A stretch of 63,106 nt of DNA, counting the filler, from Intoshia linei (lineage: Eukaryota; Animalia; Orthonectida): the NCBI GenBank assembly GCA_001642005.1. It is 7 parts of 7 records of this genome, joined end to end, with 100 filler letters (N's around TTAATTAATTAA, not from the genome) between each part and the next. Parts side by side here need not be neighbours in the genome. Positions count along the whole stretch, not along the records: positions 9,009 to 14,735 come from LWCA01001771.1; positions 14,836 to 38,037 come from LWCA01000568.1; 5 more parts are not named here. One strand, given 5' to 3'. How positions within the stretch are numbered: position 1 is the stretch's first letter; each line of letters starts with the position of its first letter. The position numbers and the translations under genes were made by a program. Shown one piece after another: positions 13,505 to 26,200 of the stretch. The notes below the pieces were generated by a model that did no database searches, was not told the DNA's origin, and saw nothing but the letters and a program-made list of their open reading frames with translations.

Positions 13505-15797
13505 TTATTATTAATGTTTTGTTAAATTTTTTGTATCTGCAAAAATATTCAAACCAATATATTAAGATAACATTATTCTGTTACAAATTGTTGATTTTTA
13601 TTATAATTTTACCATAGAATCTAAAGTATCTATAGTTATTAAATACTATTGACATGGATAATTTCTGTTTACACAATTTGTTTTTACACATAATTATTTT
13701 TTTAAATTTTTCAGTTTATTTTAAAAATTCATATTTATTTACAAATTTTTATAGATATTTAATTGAAAGCTCTTAGGTAAGTAATTTTTATCAAAAAAAT
13801 TTTATTTTAATATTTAATTTAACAGAAAATTTTTTATAATTACAGTTGGATACTATCATAAATGCAATATTTTGTGATCTATTTTGTGTACAATTTAAAC
13901 TGGTTCCAAAATGCCGATTTAAAATGAATTTTTCATTGGCTAGTGCTCGACGTTTGTGATACTGCTAAACTTTAATTTTAGTGTTAACTTAGGGGTTCCC
14001 ACACTTTTTTCACGAAGGACCGATAATAAATTACAAAATTAATAAATTGCGAACCACCAATACGGCATTACTAGGTAACATAAAAATTTTTGATAAAAAA
14101 CGTAATAAATTGACTTTTAATTAGTAAATTAATTTTTTTAAGGTTATTTCACGGACCGGCATTTGGCAAATTACGTGGGTTAAATTTGAATTTATATTTT
14201 GATCGGCAATGCCGATTCGGCATACCATTATGCAGTTTGTAATGCAAACTTCAATTTTTTACAACTTCTACGATCAATATGTATTTACTTTTATAATTTT
14301 AATTTGTAAAATATATTTCTTCTTAGTGTCATGTTGGATTACATACATTATATTTTTGTAAAATGTGCCCATCATTTTTCAAATATTGACTACTAAAATA
14401 ATAATCAAGCCAATCCTGGATAGGTGGCTCGGTCATATGACACTACGCATCGTTTGCACACAAAAAATTGGGGTCTATTTTCATTTTCTGGTAGGTTTAG
14501 TTCGGTAGTACTGTCCTTATACAATTATAAATACAAAATTGTCCAAATAAATTTTCAATGTACATTTTTTAATGCCACTGGAAATTTAACATGATAAGTA
14601 GAGTCGACATTTTATAGCACTAAAAATTGGATGATAATGCTAATTTTATTGACTTTATACAATTGTCAGCATGTAATTTTACACGAAATTATAAATGCTA
14701 GAAAGTAGTTTTTAAGTCAATAAGTTGCGTTGATANNNNNNNNNNNNNNNNNNNNNNNNNNNNNNNNNNNNNNNNNNNNTTAATTAATTAANNNNNNNNN
14801 NNNNNNNNNNNNNNNNNNNNNNNNNNNNNNNNNNNAATTTTCGATGAATACTGATCTAGTTAATATATTTACTGACAAAAATGCAATTAAAAACTGACAA
14901 ATAAGTAATTGAAAACTGATTCCAAAACTTTAATAAATATTTGTGTTATGTCAATAAGCAGTGCAAGGGAGAAAAATCTTTTTTAAGTTGGAGTAAGAGC
15001 ATAAAACTAGATGGAAGGAATGATGAAATAGTTGTGTAAATTTTTTTTAATGTTGCGGTCCGCGAAATTGGTAAAATGTATTTTTTGGTTGTCACTCGTC
15101 GTGTTTGAACCACCCTGGTATAGGTAAACATTTCCCATCTTTCACTCTGACGAGTCGGTGAAAATGTAAAATTATTTTCAAAGGTTGGTAAATGCTTGAA
15201 TACGCTCCGAATAGGTTTTAAATTTTTTTAGTTAGTTTTATTTAAAAAAAAAGAGTCAAGTTGTGTCTTTGACACTGAATGACACAATTTTTGAAAATGA
15301 AACAAATGAAAACTATCAGAAATTGGTGTTTTTTAAATATACTGTAAAACACACAAAGACATTTAATTTTATATAAGTAAATGATAAATTGCAAAGTATT
15401 ATTAAAAAAATATTAAACAATTCAATTCCTAGTATTTAAAAAAATATAACTAAATTTTCTTTGATTTTAAATAAAAAAAAAAAATTTTTCAGAATGCCCG
15501 CAAATTTTTGTTGAAATAAAGAATCCATGGAGTTTTAACTTAAACAGCTATTGACAAAAATTTCTATAAATAAAATTTTTTCATTCCTTAATTCGACGTG
15601 CTGCATGTGTCTCATGGTTCGTATTTTGGAGCAGCCCGTTGTAAACAATAAATATGTAAACATTTTCGTTATTTGAGTTAACAATTATATAAACTTTTGA
15701 CCTGTTTTTTATAAAAAAAAAGGACTATACAATATTTTTACACGTATAAAGATGTCAACACACTTTTTTCGTAAAACTACCATTAATATTAAGTGCA

Positions 15798-17066
15798 TTA
15801 TACAATAATAAGTGTAAGGTTGAGTACATTTTGAGTAAAAAAATTACTTTCATTCATAGTTCCAAACATATCTCGTATAACATCATCTGTATTAAGCATG
15901 GCAGCAATTTTAGGATCCGTAAAATCGTGTATTTTCCCATTCAAAATATTATTAATTAAATCATCCTGGTCATATATGCTTTCATTTGCATCATTTTTAA
16001 AATTATTTGGATTTGAAAATACTAAATTGTTATTATTGCAAATAACATTAGATGAATTGTTTATTCTAGATTTTTTATTTGGTGCACTATCGTTATTTCG
16101 TTTGGTTCTAGACCTAGGTAATTTGGATTGATTCGTAGATTTAACACGTCTTCTTCTTTTTCCATTTTCTTGACCGATTGATACATCTTTCGCAACGTTA
16201 TTTCCAATCGTAACGATTTGAGATTGAGATGACCCATTAAATTGTTGCATTGGAATAACATTATAAGGGTTGGATGGTAATTGAACTTGGTCGTTAGAAT
16301 TTAAATTAACAAGATTTAACGGAGGAGCATTTGCATTTGATACATTAACATTGATTTGGTTGGGACGTACATTTACAAAGCCATTAGGATTCTGAATCAT
16401 CATATTTTGACCATTAACAATAATATTTGGATTTTGATTGAAATTATTACCAGTAATAATCATATTATTATAGCCATCTGGTCGCACGTTTTGTTGGTTA
16501 TACTGATTGTGAAAATTTGGATATTGAACACCGTCAACCGTATTAATAGGCACATTAAAATTTCCTGGTAACATGGGTCTATGATTAAGATTATTCATTT
16601 GAACAGGGTAAATGAGTTGAGGTTGGTTGTTCATTTGCTGATTCTGAAAACACCATGAATCCTGACTACCCATCATGTTATAAGGAATATACGTGAGACC
16701 ATTAGAATCATTAATTTGCATAGGTAAACTTTGTTGTATTTGTGGGAATGCTTCTGCAGTATTTGTTGAAATGTGACTAGTTTGTTGAGGTTTGGGTAGA
16801 TTTGGACGAATTGGTCGGTAATAAGTGGATTTAGGCAGGGTTGGCTTATTATTAGATCGCCTACGTCTAGTTTTTTTTGCTTTAGAATCACCAATATTCT
16901 TTTCTAAAACTTGGTTGTCATTTTTTTGTTCGTGAGGTAGTTTAATATAAGAGTTTTGAAATATAATATTTTGGTCGTTATTTGCAATATTGGTATGTTG
17001 ATCACAACTCGAAACGGGAGGATTATCGTTGAGTAGAGAAAAATTTGTATTTAAATGTAAATCCAT
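15798..17066 (-). CDS. Unassigned N/Q-rich low-complexity protein with basic NLS-like patches (possibly a first exon)
   Basis: Open frame of more than 400 codons in very AT-rich DNA; first ATG at 17066 (MDLHLN); KKTRRRR and KRRRR patches; possible donor at 15827. Confidence 0.7.
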   Translation of the reverse strand: MDLHLNTNFSLLNDNPPVSSCDQHTNIANNDQNIIFQNSYIKLPHEQKNDNQVLEKNIGDSKAKKTRRRRSNNKPTLPKSTYYRPIRPNLPKPQQTSHISTNTAEAFPQIQQSLPMQINDSNGLTYIPYNMMGSQDSWCFQNQQMNNQPQLIYPVQMNNLNHRPMLPGNFNVPINTVDGVQYPNFHNQYNQQNVRPDGYNNMIITGNNFNQNPNIIVNGQNMMIQNPNGFVNVRPNQINVNVSNANAPPLNLVNLNSNDQVQLPSNPYNVIPMQQFNGSSQSQIVTIGNNVAKDVSIGQENGKRRRRVKSTNQSKLPRSRTKRNNDSAPNKKSRINNSSNVICNNNNLVFSNPNNFKNDANESIYDQDDLINNILNGKIHDFTDPKIAAMLNTDDVIRDMFGTMNESNFFTQNVLNLTLIIV

Positions 17067-19070
17067 ATGAAATAAAATCAAGTTGTAAATAAATGCAATA
17101 TTTTCGTTCACAATGTGAACGTGACGTAATTAATTATTGTAAAACATAATAAATAAAGAATAAATAAAAATTAAACTACATTAATTCAACAATTCGATTT
17201 GGACAATTAATTGTAGTATTAAATTCCTGTACACTTTCTCCATTACATTGGAATTTTCTTAAATATACCAATACAAAATTCCACCACTTGGTTTCAACGT
17301 TTAGAAAATAACTATTTTACTGTATGTCAATTTAGTAACCATAGATCAATGTTCGCGTCAGTTACATATGCAATTGATAAACAATTTCACTCTACAACAG
17401 GGTGTCATTTTCCAGTGTTTATTTTCAGTTATCAAGTACCAATTACCAAAACTAATGATACACAATATCTCAAATATAACTACAGACAATTATGTTTATT
17501 ATTACATCAGTCATATTGCAAAATATCTAATACCAATATATCAATAAAGCACACTATGATACCATAGTTGTCTTATTTTCGTACAATACTAAATAATTCA
17601 CTTGTATCAAAATTTAAAGTTGAAACGATGAATGCGTAGGCTAATGGCCGTTTAAGGTCAAATTAAAATTATGTACTAAATTAAAGTGGCCAGATTTTTA
17701 ACGTACTAAATACGTACTAGTTACTTAGAAACCAAAATGAAATTAAATTTAAAATCTCAGTCGAAATTGAATGTTCTTAAACCCAACCATTTTTACTAAA
17801 AATCAAAATTTATCAACCTTTAAAAGAAAAATCCACTTTTACAAACCCTTAAGGAAAAATCCAAATTTTACCCTGTTTAGAAGACAGAGCATACTGTTGG
17901 TTGGAGACTTAGAGTCTTATTTTATTGAGTATTAATAAAAGCATTAAAAGATATTATGTAGATTTCTAGTAACTTTTATTTCTTTTACAATAATCTACTT
18001 ACATAAATTAATGAACAAAGTTTACTTTTTCATTTGAATACTTTTTTCTTTTTTAAATATTTACTTTTTAGAAAGGTTGTAATCCTCATTTGAAATAGTT
18101 TTTTTGTCAATATTATTTTTAAATCTGTATTATCCAATTATCATAAAAGTTTGATTATATAAACTTATTTCTATAAAGTTTATATTATAAATAGTTGAAA
18201 ATTAATAAGAGAAAATCAAAGATTTCTTACATTATTTTTTGAAAATTCACTTTAATAGAAAGGTTTTAATGTTTAATATTATCATTTGAAACAGTTTTTA
18301 TGTCAATATTATATGATAAACAATGTAAAATACATTTTAAATCGAATAATACCAGAAATTTGATTCTTTAAGCTATTTTCTTTCTAGCTATTTAAATTCC
18401 CACACTTCAAAACTTATAAACTAATTTTTAAGATATAAATGTAAAGTACTTTTATTAATTTGTGGCCTTTTTTAATGAGGAGCCCTGGGCTACAGCCCAT
18501 ATTGCCCATGCTTTAAAACGGCTCATGTCGTATCCCAAGATGAGGATATTTTAAATAAACAACACAAAAAAATATACTGGACCTTCACTATTCAGTTATT
18601 CGCTAAAAATATTTACTTGGTATGATTTTTATGTAAAACTTGCGTTATTGAAAAATTTTAATCAGGACATATTACTATACCCAATGCCGTGTACTGAGCC
18701 CGTACGTGATCGTAGCTTGTGCCGAAATATCATCATATGTGAAAAGACAAAATTTTTTTCATTCATTTAACTGAAATGGCCAATATGAAATGAACAATAT
18801 TTTTAAAAAAACTAAAATAATTTTTTCAGACCCGTTTGACATAATTTCTATGGTTTTTTTAAAATTCCATATTGATCTATTTTAGATTTTTACATACATT
18901 TGTATATTCAGCCAATTTGCAATTCCAGATATTCAAGTACATAACATGACATTGTACTGAAAAAATTAATATAAAAATAAAAATTTCAAGATAATTTCGA
19001 AATTCGAACTGAGGCAAGAAAAAAATTAAATTAATTACATTTAATTCTGAGCCCAATCGGGAACAGGTCT

Positions 19071-20141
19071 TTACACGAAATTATTTTTATTTCTACAAGC
19101 AATAATTTGATTTCTAAACATTTCAACTTTTTTTGATTTGAATTTTGGTTTCAAATGAAATTTATCGCGATCTATGCTTACATCAATAGAATTTGAGGTG
19201 ATTGAATCAGTAACAGACACTGAATTATTGGAAGCTTTGTCAAAATTTGAAATTTCTAATTCATTAATTTCACTTTCATTATCATTTTCATGATTATTAA
19301 GTTTACCATTTAAATCTCTCGAAATCTTTTCCAACAAAAATCTCTCATTACATAAATGTTCAAGATTAAGTTGATTAAATTTAAAATTTGGTATATAATT
19401 TGAAAATACAGTAATATCTTTACAACAAAGAAATTTTAAAGCAAATGTTTTAAATTGATCAAAATTTTTATAAAAATTTTCCGGTTCCGTTATCAACTTT
19501 AATCCATTACATAACCGTATTATTTCAGTAGAAAAAATGTTTCTAATGTCAATTAATTTTTGAGAAACTTGTGTATTGTCATAAATTTCTGAAATTTTAG
19601 ATTCATCAGAATAATTAACTAGAAAATTTTGAATATATTCAAAGAATGATTCATTTGAAAAACAATTTAATAAATTTTGACCATTTGTAAAAATTTTTTT
19701 TGTATATTTACAGCAAAATTTTATTTTTTCATTTTTATTACAATTTCCATTTTTTGAAATGTACAAAACGCGTTTACGGAGTACGAGGGAAGTTGGTTTA
19801 TTGACATTCTTGATGTTGTATAGTTTTTTGGTGGTTACCTGTATTTTTAAAACATCTATTTCACAATTTGACAAATTAAGATATCCCATCAAGTTGAGGT
19901 TTAAAATAATGTTATTCATTTCAGAAACTACATTATCACATTCGTTTAAATTTACATTTGATGTTATTTTAGGTTTAATACTTTTTATCATGTCCAAAAC
20001 ATTTTCAAATTCGCTATATACTGATGCATATTGATTCAATAGGTCATTTCCAATTAATTTCATGACACCATTTTGATAAATTTTTGATGGAAAATATGAA
20101 TGGATAACGGAGATTAAGCTGCTTGATTCATTAAAATTCAT
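19071..20141 (-). CDS. Hypothetical 356-aa protein (possible micro first exon ATG 20215-20209 via a 38-nt intron)
   Basis: Long uninterrupted ORF with no motif I recognise; an in-frame acceptor tttatag lies at 20177-20171. Confidence 0.7.
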   Translation of the reverse strand: MNFNESSSLISVIHSYFPSKIYQNGVMKLIGNDLLNQYASVYSEFENVLDMIKSIKPKITSNVNLNECDNVVSEMNNIILNLNLMGYLNLSNCEIDVLKIQVTTKKLYNIKNVNKPTSLVLRKRVLYISKNGNCNKNEKIKFCCKYTKKIFTNGQNLLNCFSNESFFEYIQNFLVNYSDESKISEIYDNTQVSQKLIDIRNIFSTEIIRLCNGLKLITEPENFYKNFDQFKTFALKFLCCKDITVFSNYIPNFKFNQLNLEHLCNERFLLEKISRDLNGKLNNHENDNESEINELEISNFDKASNNSVSVTDSITSNSIDVSIDRDKFHLKPKFKSKKVEMFRNQIIACRNKNNFV

Positions 20142-20247
20142 GTTGTAATGTTTGTTGATACCAATAGTTGCTATAAATTAAATAACACTGAAATATTTAT
20201 GGAAATACCCAACATTTTGTACAATTAGTATTATAAATTTTATTTTG

Positions 20248-23200
20248 TTAATAATATAAACAATATATTTTACAAATGAAGGATAAATCTTGAGGGTTAA
20301 TGCATATTTTTAATTCTTTTTGGTTTAATTCCTAAATTAATAAAAATTATATATTTTGAAACATTAATATTAATACACTAATTGTAAACATAAATGCCGT
20401 ACTGTAATAAATGTAATAGATTGTTTTATATCATTTAAGCTATAAAAGAAGTGTTTGTTTTCTGCATCAATGACGTTTAATGCAACGTTGGTGAGAATAT
20501 ATGTGGAAGTTTTAGGTGATTTCTGAAAATTAGATTGCCAAATATGAATTATATCCGTACCAACCAAAAATGAGTATTTCCTAAAGTAATTAATTATGGA
20601 ACTAATAAACCATTTCATTTTTAACATGATTAATTGCTAGCCAATATTTACGGATATGACAATGATGAAAAATATCTAATGCTAGATATAAAAACCAAAT
20701 TTATATTTTTTGAGAAGACTGTTCAAAAAATTTAAATTAACCAAAAATATGATAAATTTCTTCATTTTTTGAAAACATGCTAGAAATTAATTCTAAAAAT
20801 TCCATGAAAATGAAAATTTAAGTTTTTCATACTACAGGCTCTGCAGTGCAGAGTATAATAAATTTATACTAGAAAATTCACGTGAAACGTTATATATACC
20901 TTTGTAAAAAATTGAATGACTGATACACTATTCTATCAGAAAAATCATGTTTCTTTAAAAGAATTGATTTTGAATCTACATTAAATAAACCAAATATCCC
21001 TGTACAAAAGTCAGCTATTCCTATAGTTGGTTTAATGAATAAGCCAACAGAACCAGAAATCAATCCAATTGCTAAATTTTGTGGTACATTTAAAATACTC
21101 TTGGATTCATATGTTTTTTTTATCGGTTCAATGATAATTCCCGTCAATCCATCTAAAATAATATACATTATTACATTAGCAAAAATTATTAGAAACAATA
21201 TAAAAAGTATTAAATCTAACCTATTGTATTTCTACCCAGAGATTCAACACCATGCCACATTTTTGTTGATTTTTTAAGAGACAGTGAAGGGTGGACAGTG
21301 TTTTCATTGTGATCAATTAAATTGTTCAAATTTTTTGATATACTATCTGTTATTCCGCTCCCAGATATATAAAATCCTAAAAAATTAAATATACAAGAAA
21401 AAGATAAATGAATAATCATAATATAGAGTTATTAGGGATAAATCCCGATCCGTAAAATGCCCGTCAAAAATTACCCGTACACATTTTCCATAATAAAAAA
21501 ATTTTGAATGAGAATAAATCAATTTTAATGAACAAAATTAGCCATAATTAAACGAGGATTTGATCAGCACTATAACTTAAATATGAAAAATAAAAAATTT
21601 CAATTAATTGAAGATTGATAACAATATCAATCATTTTTAAAAAACTGTCATGTGGTTATAATGAATACAAGGATGCTCTTTGTTCGAAATACATAAAAGT
21701 CAAGCTAGTAGGTTAAATACATCATTTTTCTGGTGACAAACCCGTTTCTATTTTTCTAAAATTGCATAGAATAATGAAAAGTGGTTAATATTTTATTATG
21801 CAGTGTCAAACTATTTTAGTTGCATTATATTTTATTTGCAAAATAGTATTTAGAAAATATTTTCATATTATTTATTTTATTTCTTTCTTTGAATTTGGAA
21901 ATAAAATTTTTTCTGAAAATAAATAAAGCATGGTGGGACTGTGATACGCTACAACGAGTGTTGACAGTGTCAACTTGACACCTTAATATTATATTATTAT
22001 AAATTATATGTATAATTATTCATTTAATTTTTGAACTACATAAAAAAATTTAATTAATTTTTTCATCAGACCATTCGTCAATAAAAGGATTCAATCTATG
22101 TTTTTTCAGTTATATGAAAAAAACCAATTAATTGAAAATTATCTTTTCATTTTTTAATTAATTGAAAAATTAATATTTAGCAAACAATTAATTGGTTTAT
22201 ACAAAATAATTGATTGCAATCAATTATTTCCAATCCCTGTTAGTGTATATTAAACAAAATTTCAAATTTTTTCAATTTTCTAATAAATTTTGTTCAAAAG
22301 CAGATCCGAACCTACCAAGCTTTAGGTCAACCGAAAATGAAAAATAAACCTTAGAATAAATATTTGCAAACGATATATAGTACCATATAGCCCAGGGTTT
22401 ACCCATGCATTTTTTTAAATAAACGGTAACACAGACATTGAATTTTATATAAGTAAAGGATAATTATTTGTTCTTCCTTATTGACTCAATTCTAAATTTC
22501 TAGAGTATATAAAAGAATCGAATAAAACATTTCAAATTACTAAAATGTTTAATTTATTATATTAAAAAAATTTAGTAAAAATCCTAAAAAATTATGTCTT
22601 AAACAAGGTTGAGAGACCCTGATATAGCCCTATCCACCTCTCAAAGGCTCTTAATTTGATATTTAAATTTAACAAACACAAGATTCTATATTCAAGAATA
22701 AATGCTGAATTTAAAAAAATCAGTACTTTTACAAAAATTTCATCGAGCTATCATACACTTCGAAGAGGGTATCTGGTACGGTAGGTTCGAAACTGTTCAG
22801 AATGGCATTAATTTACCACCTTTACTAGTTTACATTCGGATTTAAGTTTGATGATTTCATCGACTCTTATTTTTGTACCTTTGGATAATCCTTTAACCAA
22901 ATGCGACGATCCATTCACAACTCCAATGAACGTTTCTAACATTCCCAGTTTATAACCACTAATAACTTCATTGGACATTTCCGTCAATCCATTATAAATT
23001 GATTTGATAAACATGGCTGGATTGCCAATAATTGATAGGGAAGCAAAATATAAAACTAAACATTTTAAATTTATTAAAATAACAAAGATATGGGGATACA
23101 CAGATGGACTGTATCAATAGTCATAACACGGTCATAATTAGGGATTGGAACCGAATCGATGCAAATCGAATTGCAAGTGAATTATATATTTATTAGGATT

Positions 23201-26200
23201 TTTTAATAAAATATTTACTAGTCGATTTAAGTCGACTCCGACAAAAAATATCGACACCGATTTTTTGATTCGGTTCCAATCCCTAGTCATAATCAATTTT
23301 AATCATTATTTATATAATATTCTACGTAATATTTGTTTGTGTGTGTGTTCTACTTTATTTCAATAACTAACAGTATTAGAATTTTATAAAGTCCACATTT
23401 CAATGAAAGTTTTTTCCGGGGGTGTTAGCAAAATAAATTTTAACCCCCCCCCTCCAAACTCACATCTTACGGTTCAAAAACACCAATTGTCCTTTTTTAA
23501 AAAATCAAACGAATTTGAGAATTTAAAAAAATATATATGCTAATATGGATTTTAAAATCATAAGCATTATCATAAATTTAAATTTAAAAAAATTATATCT
23601 TCAGGGCCAAAACCCCAAAGAACCCTTCTTTTTTTAATGAAAACAGATCTAGAATTTAAAAAAATGTACAGGTGGTACAATTGTACCCTGTTAACACACA
23701 TAAAAAATTTCAGTCCGAATAAGTGACGACTTTAGTTAGTTGCTGTTTGTACCAAGTACAAAACAGTCAAGCTAGTTAATTAGTATAATCATTAGTTTAA
23801 AAAATTACACACATTCTTCCATGCCTTTTCAAGATAAAAAGAAAACATCAATTGAGCAATATCGGTAAAACAAGATTGATAAAATCCAATTAAATGTAAT
23901 TGAGGAAAAGACAAATTTACATTATCAATAGAAATGTAAAACAGTTTATTAAACCTAAAACTAGCATCCACATCAAAACTTTCAATTTTAATCTGATCAA
24001 TAAGAAACTGAAAAGATTCCTGAACAACCGAAACATCAAAAGATAAAAATTCGACAAAATAATCGAAAATATTGAAAATTTCCATTAAATACTCTTCTTC
24101 GACATTAAAAATAAATGGAGAAATTTTAACATAAAATTGATTAATTTGAATAAATAAATTTAAATCAAATGTACAAAATACACTAAAAAGTGTGTCTGCA
24201 CAATTCTTTTTTTTAAAAACATTGACAAAATTAAAACAATCACTATTTTCTGCAAATGGACATAAGACGGATAAATCCGACATGGTCATGTAAAAAGTAC
24301 ATGAAACAATATTATCAAAGGATAAATCTGAATCAATTGACAGACTTTGAATATTAACAAATAAAAATTCACTGAAATTATCAATATCACAACATTGTTG
24401 AAAACTGTCTTTAAACTGTTGATAAAATTTAAACTGAAAATTTGAAACTTTAAAAAAAATTTCAAATTTTGTCTTTTTTAACGAATTATGTAAAGGCACA
24501 GACGATTCATTAGGCAATAAATTAATAAAAGAATTTGATACACGAGAATAGATTTTTTTGGAAATAAAATTAGAATCTTTGGATAAAAATGATAATTTAT
24601 TATTTGGTAAATAAAAATGAGGATTGTTGCTAAATTTGACCATATCAGGCAACATCAAAGTAGATAAATTTGCAAATTCAAAATCACAACCTATACCATT
24701 AAATATAAGAGTAACATCAACTAATATTTCATTTATAAAGGTTTTGTAAATTTTAAATTTTCCATAAATATTTTTAAAATTTTCACAATGAATAGAGAAA
24801 TTAAATTGCTTTTCGGTATCATTAGAAAAGAATTTATCAATATTAGAAAAATGACAGAAATTTTCAACATCAATACAATCCACAGAATCATTTAGAGGTA
24901 TAATTATGTATAAACATTTGAAACAATTTATAAAATTATCAATTATAAAATTTTGAGAGGTTGACTTTTGAATAAAAATGACTGTATCATCAAGATCAAG
25001 TAAAGATGATATTTTAAAATTTGATTTAATTTTGAAATTTAATAAAATTAAATCAAAATTGTAATTATTTTGAATAAAAAAATTTGTAATAGGTAAATTG
25101 TAATTAATTTCAACATTAAACCGAGACACAAGTGAATTTTGGTTTTTAAAATGAATTTTTGACCATTTAAAATTTACTGAAAATTCAACTTGATTTTTCA
25201 ACTCGTATTTAAACCCTCTTTTCAATTCGACATATTTTAAAATCTTCAAATTTTGTGGTTCTGTACAATTCCTTGTAGAATCTAGAGAATTTTGTGAAAG
25301 ATATTTAAAATTTTTACACAAAAATATTGGATATTTAGATATAAAACAATTTTCATAATTTAAAAAACCAGATAACCCTTTTAAAATTGTATTGAGCTGC
25401 ATTTCACATTTAAAATTCACATAAAGAATGGAAATGTACATTTCTTGCAATAATTCGTTTTGAGAAAGTGGTAATTTCGTTAAATTTTTTTTCAATAATG
25501 TAAGGGTAAAAATATTTACAAATCTGCAGCATTTTGGTGGTATATAGATATAACAAGGTGTAATTTCTTTTAAAAATGTATTCAATTCATAATGTACCAA
25601 TTTTTCAACATTATCAAATAATAAAAGACAAATTGATATACCAAAATCTAAATTATTGTAAAACTTGACTGGATATTCAAATTTTATGTGTAAAATTTCA
25701 AAAGTATTAAAATTGAAAAAATTTGAAATTTTAACAATAGACATAACATGAGGATATATAGTTTGAAATGGTACATATAAAGATGTATTTTCATTGGTTT
25801 TAATGTTATATAAGCTTTTAGAATTATTTTCAATTAAAAACAAATGTGTTTGTAAAATATTTTTAAAATAATGAATCACATTTTCATTGATACAATTAAC
25901 TCGTGAATTTGCGGGGAAAATAAAATTTTCATTAAAATTTTTAAAAATTAAATCAACTTGTATACAATTCAAAACGTTACATAAAGTTGATATAAAAATT
26001 ATATCCAATATACCACATTTGAAATAACTTTGTAAGCATTTTTCATTTTGAATAATTAAGTTTTTTTCAGATTCGTCCAATTCATCTTTTTTTTTGTTTG
26101 ATTCAAGAAAAAATTGTTTCAATAATAAAATTGGTTTAAATAATAATAATTTTCCATCAGAATTATAATTCAAGTATAAATGACGTTTTGATGATTTGAA

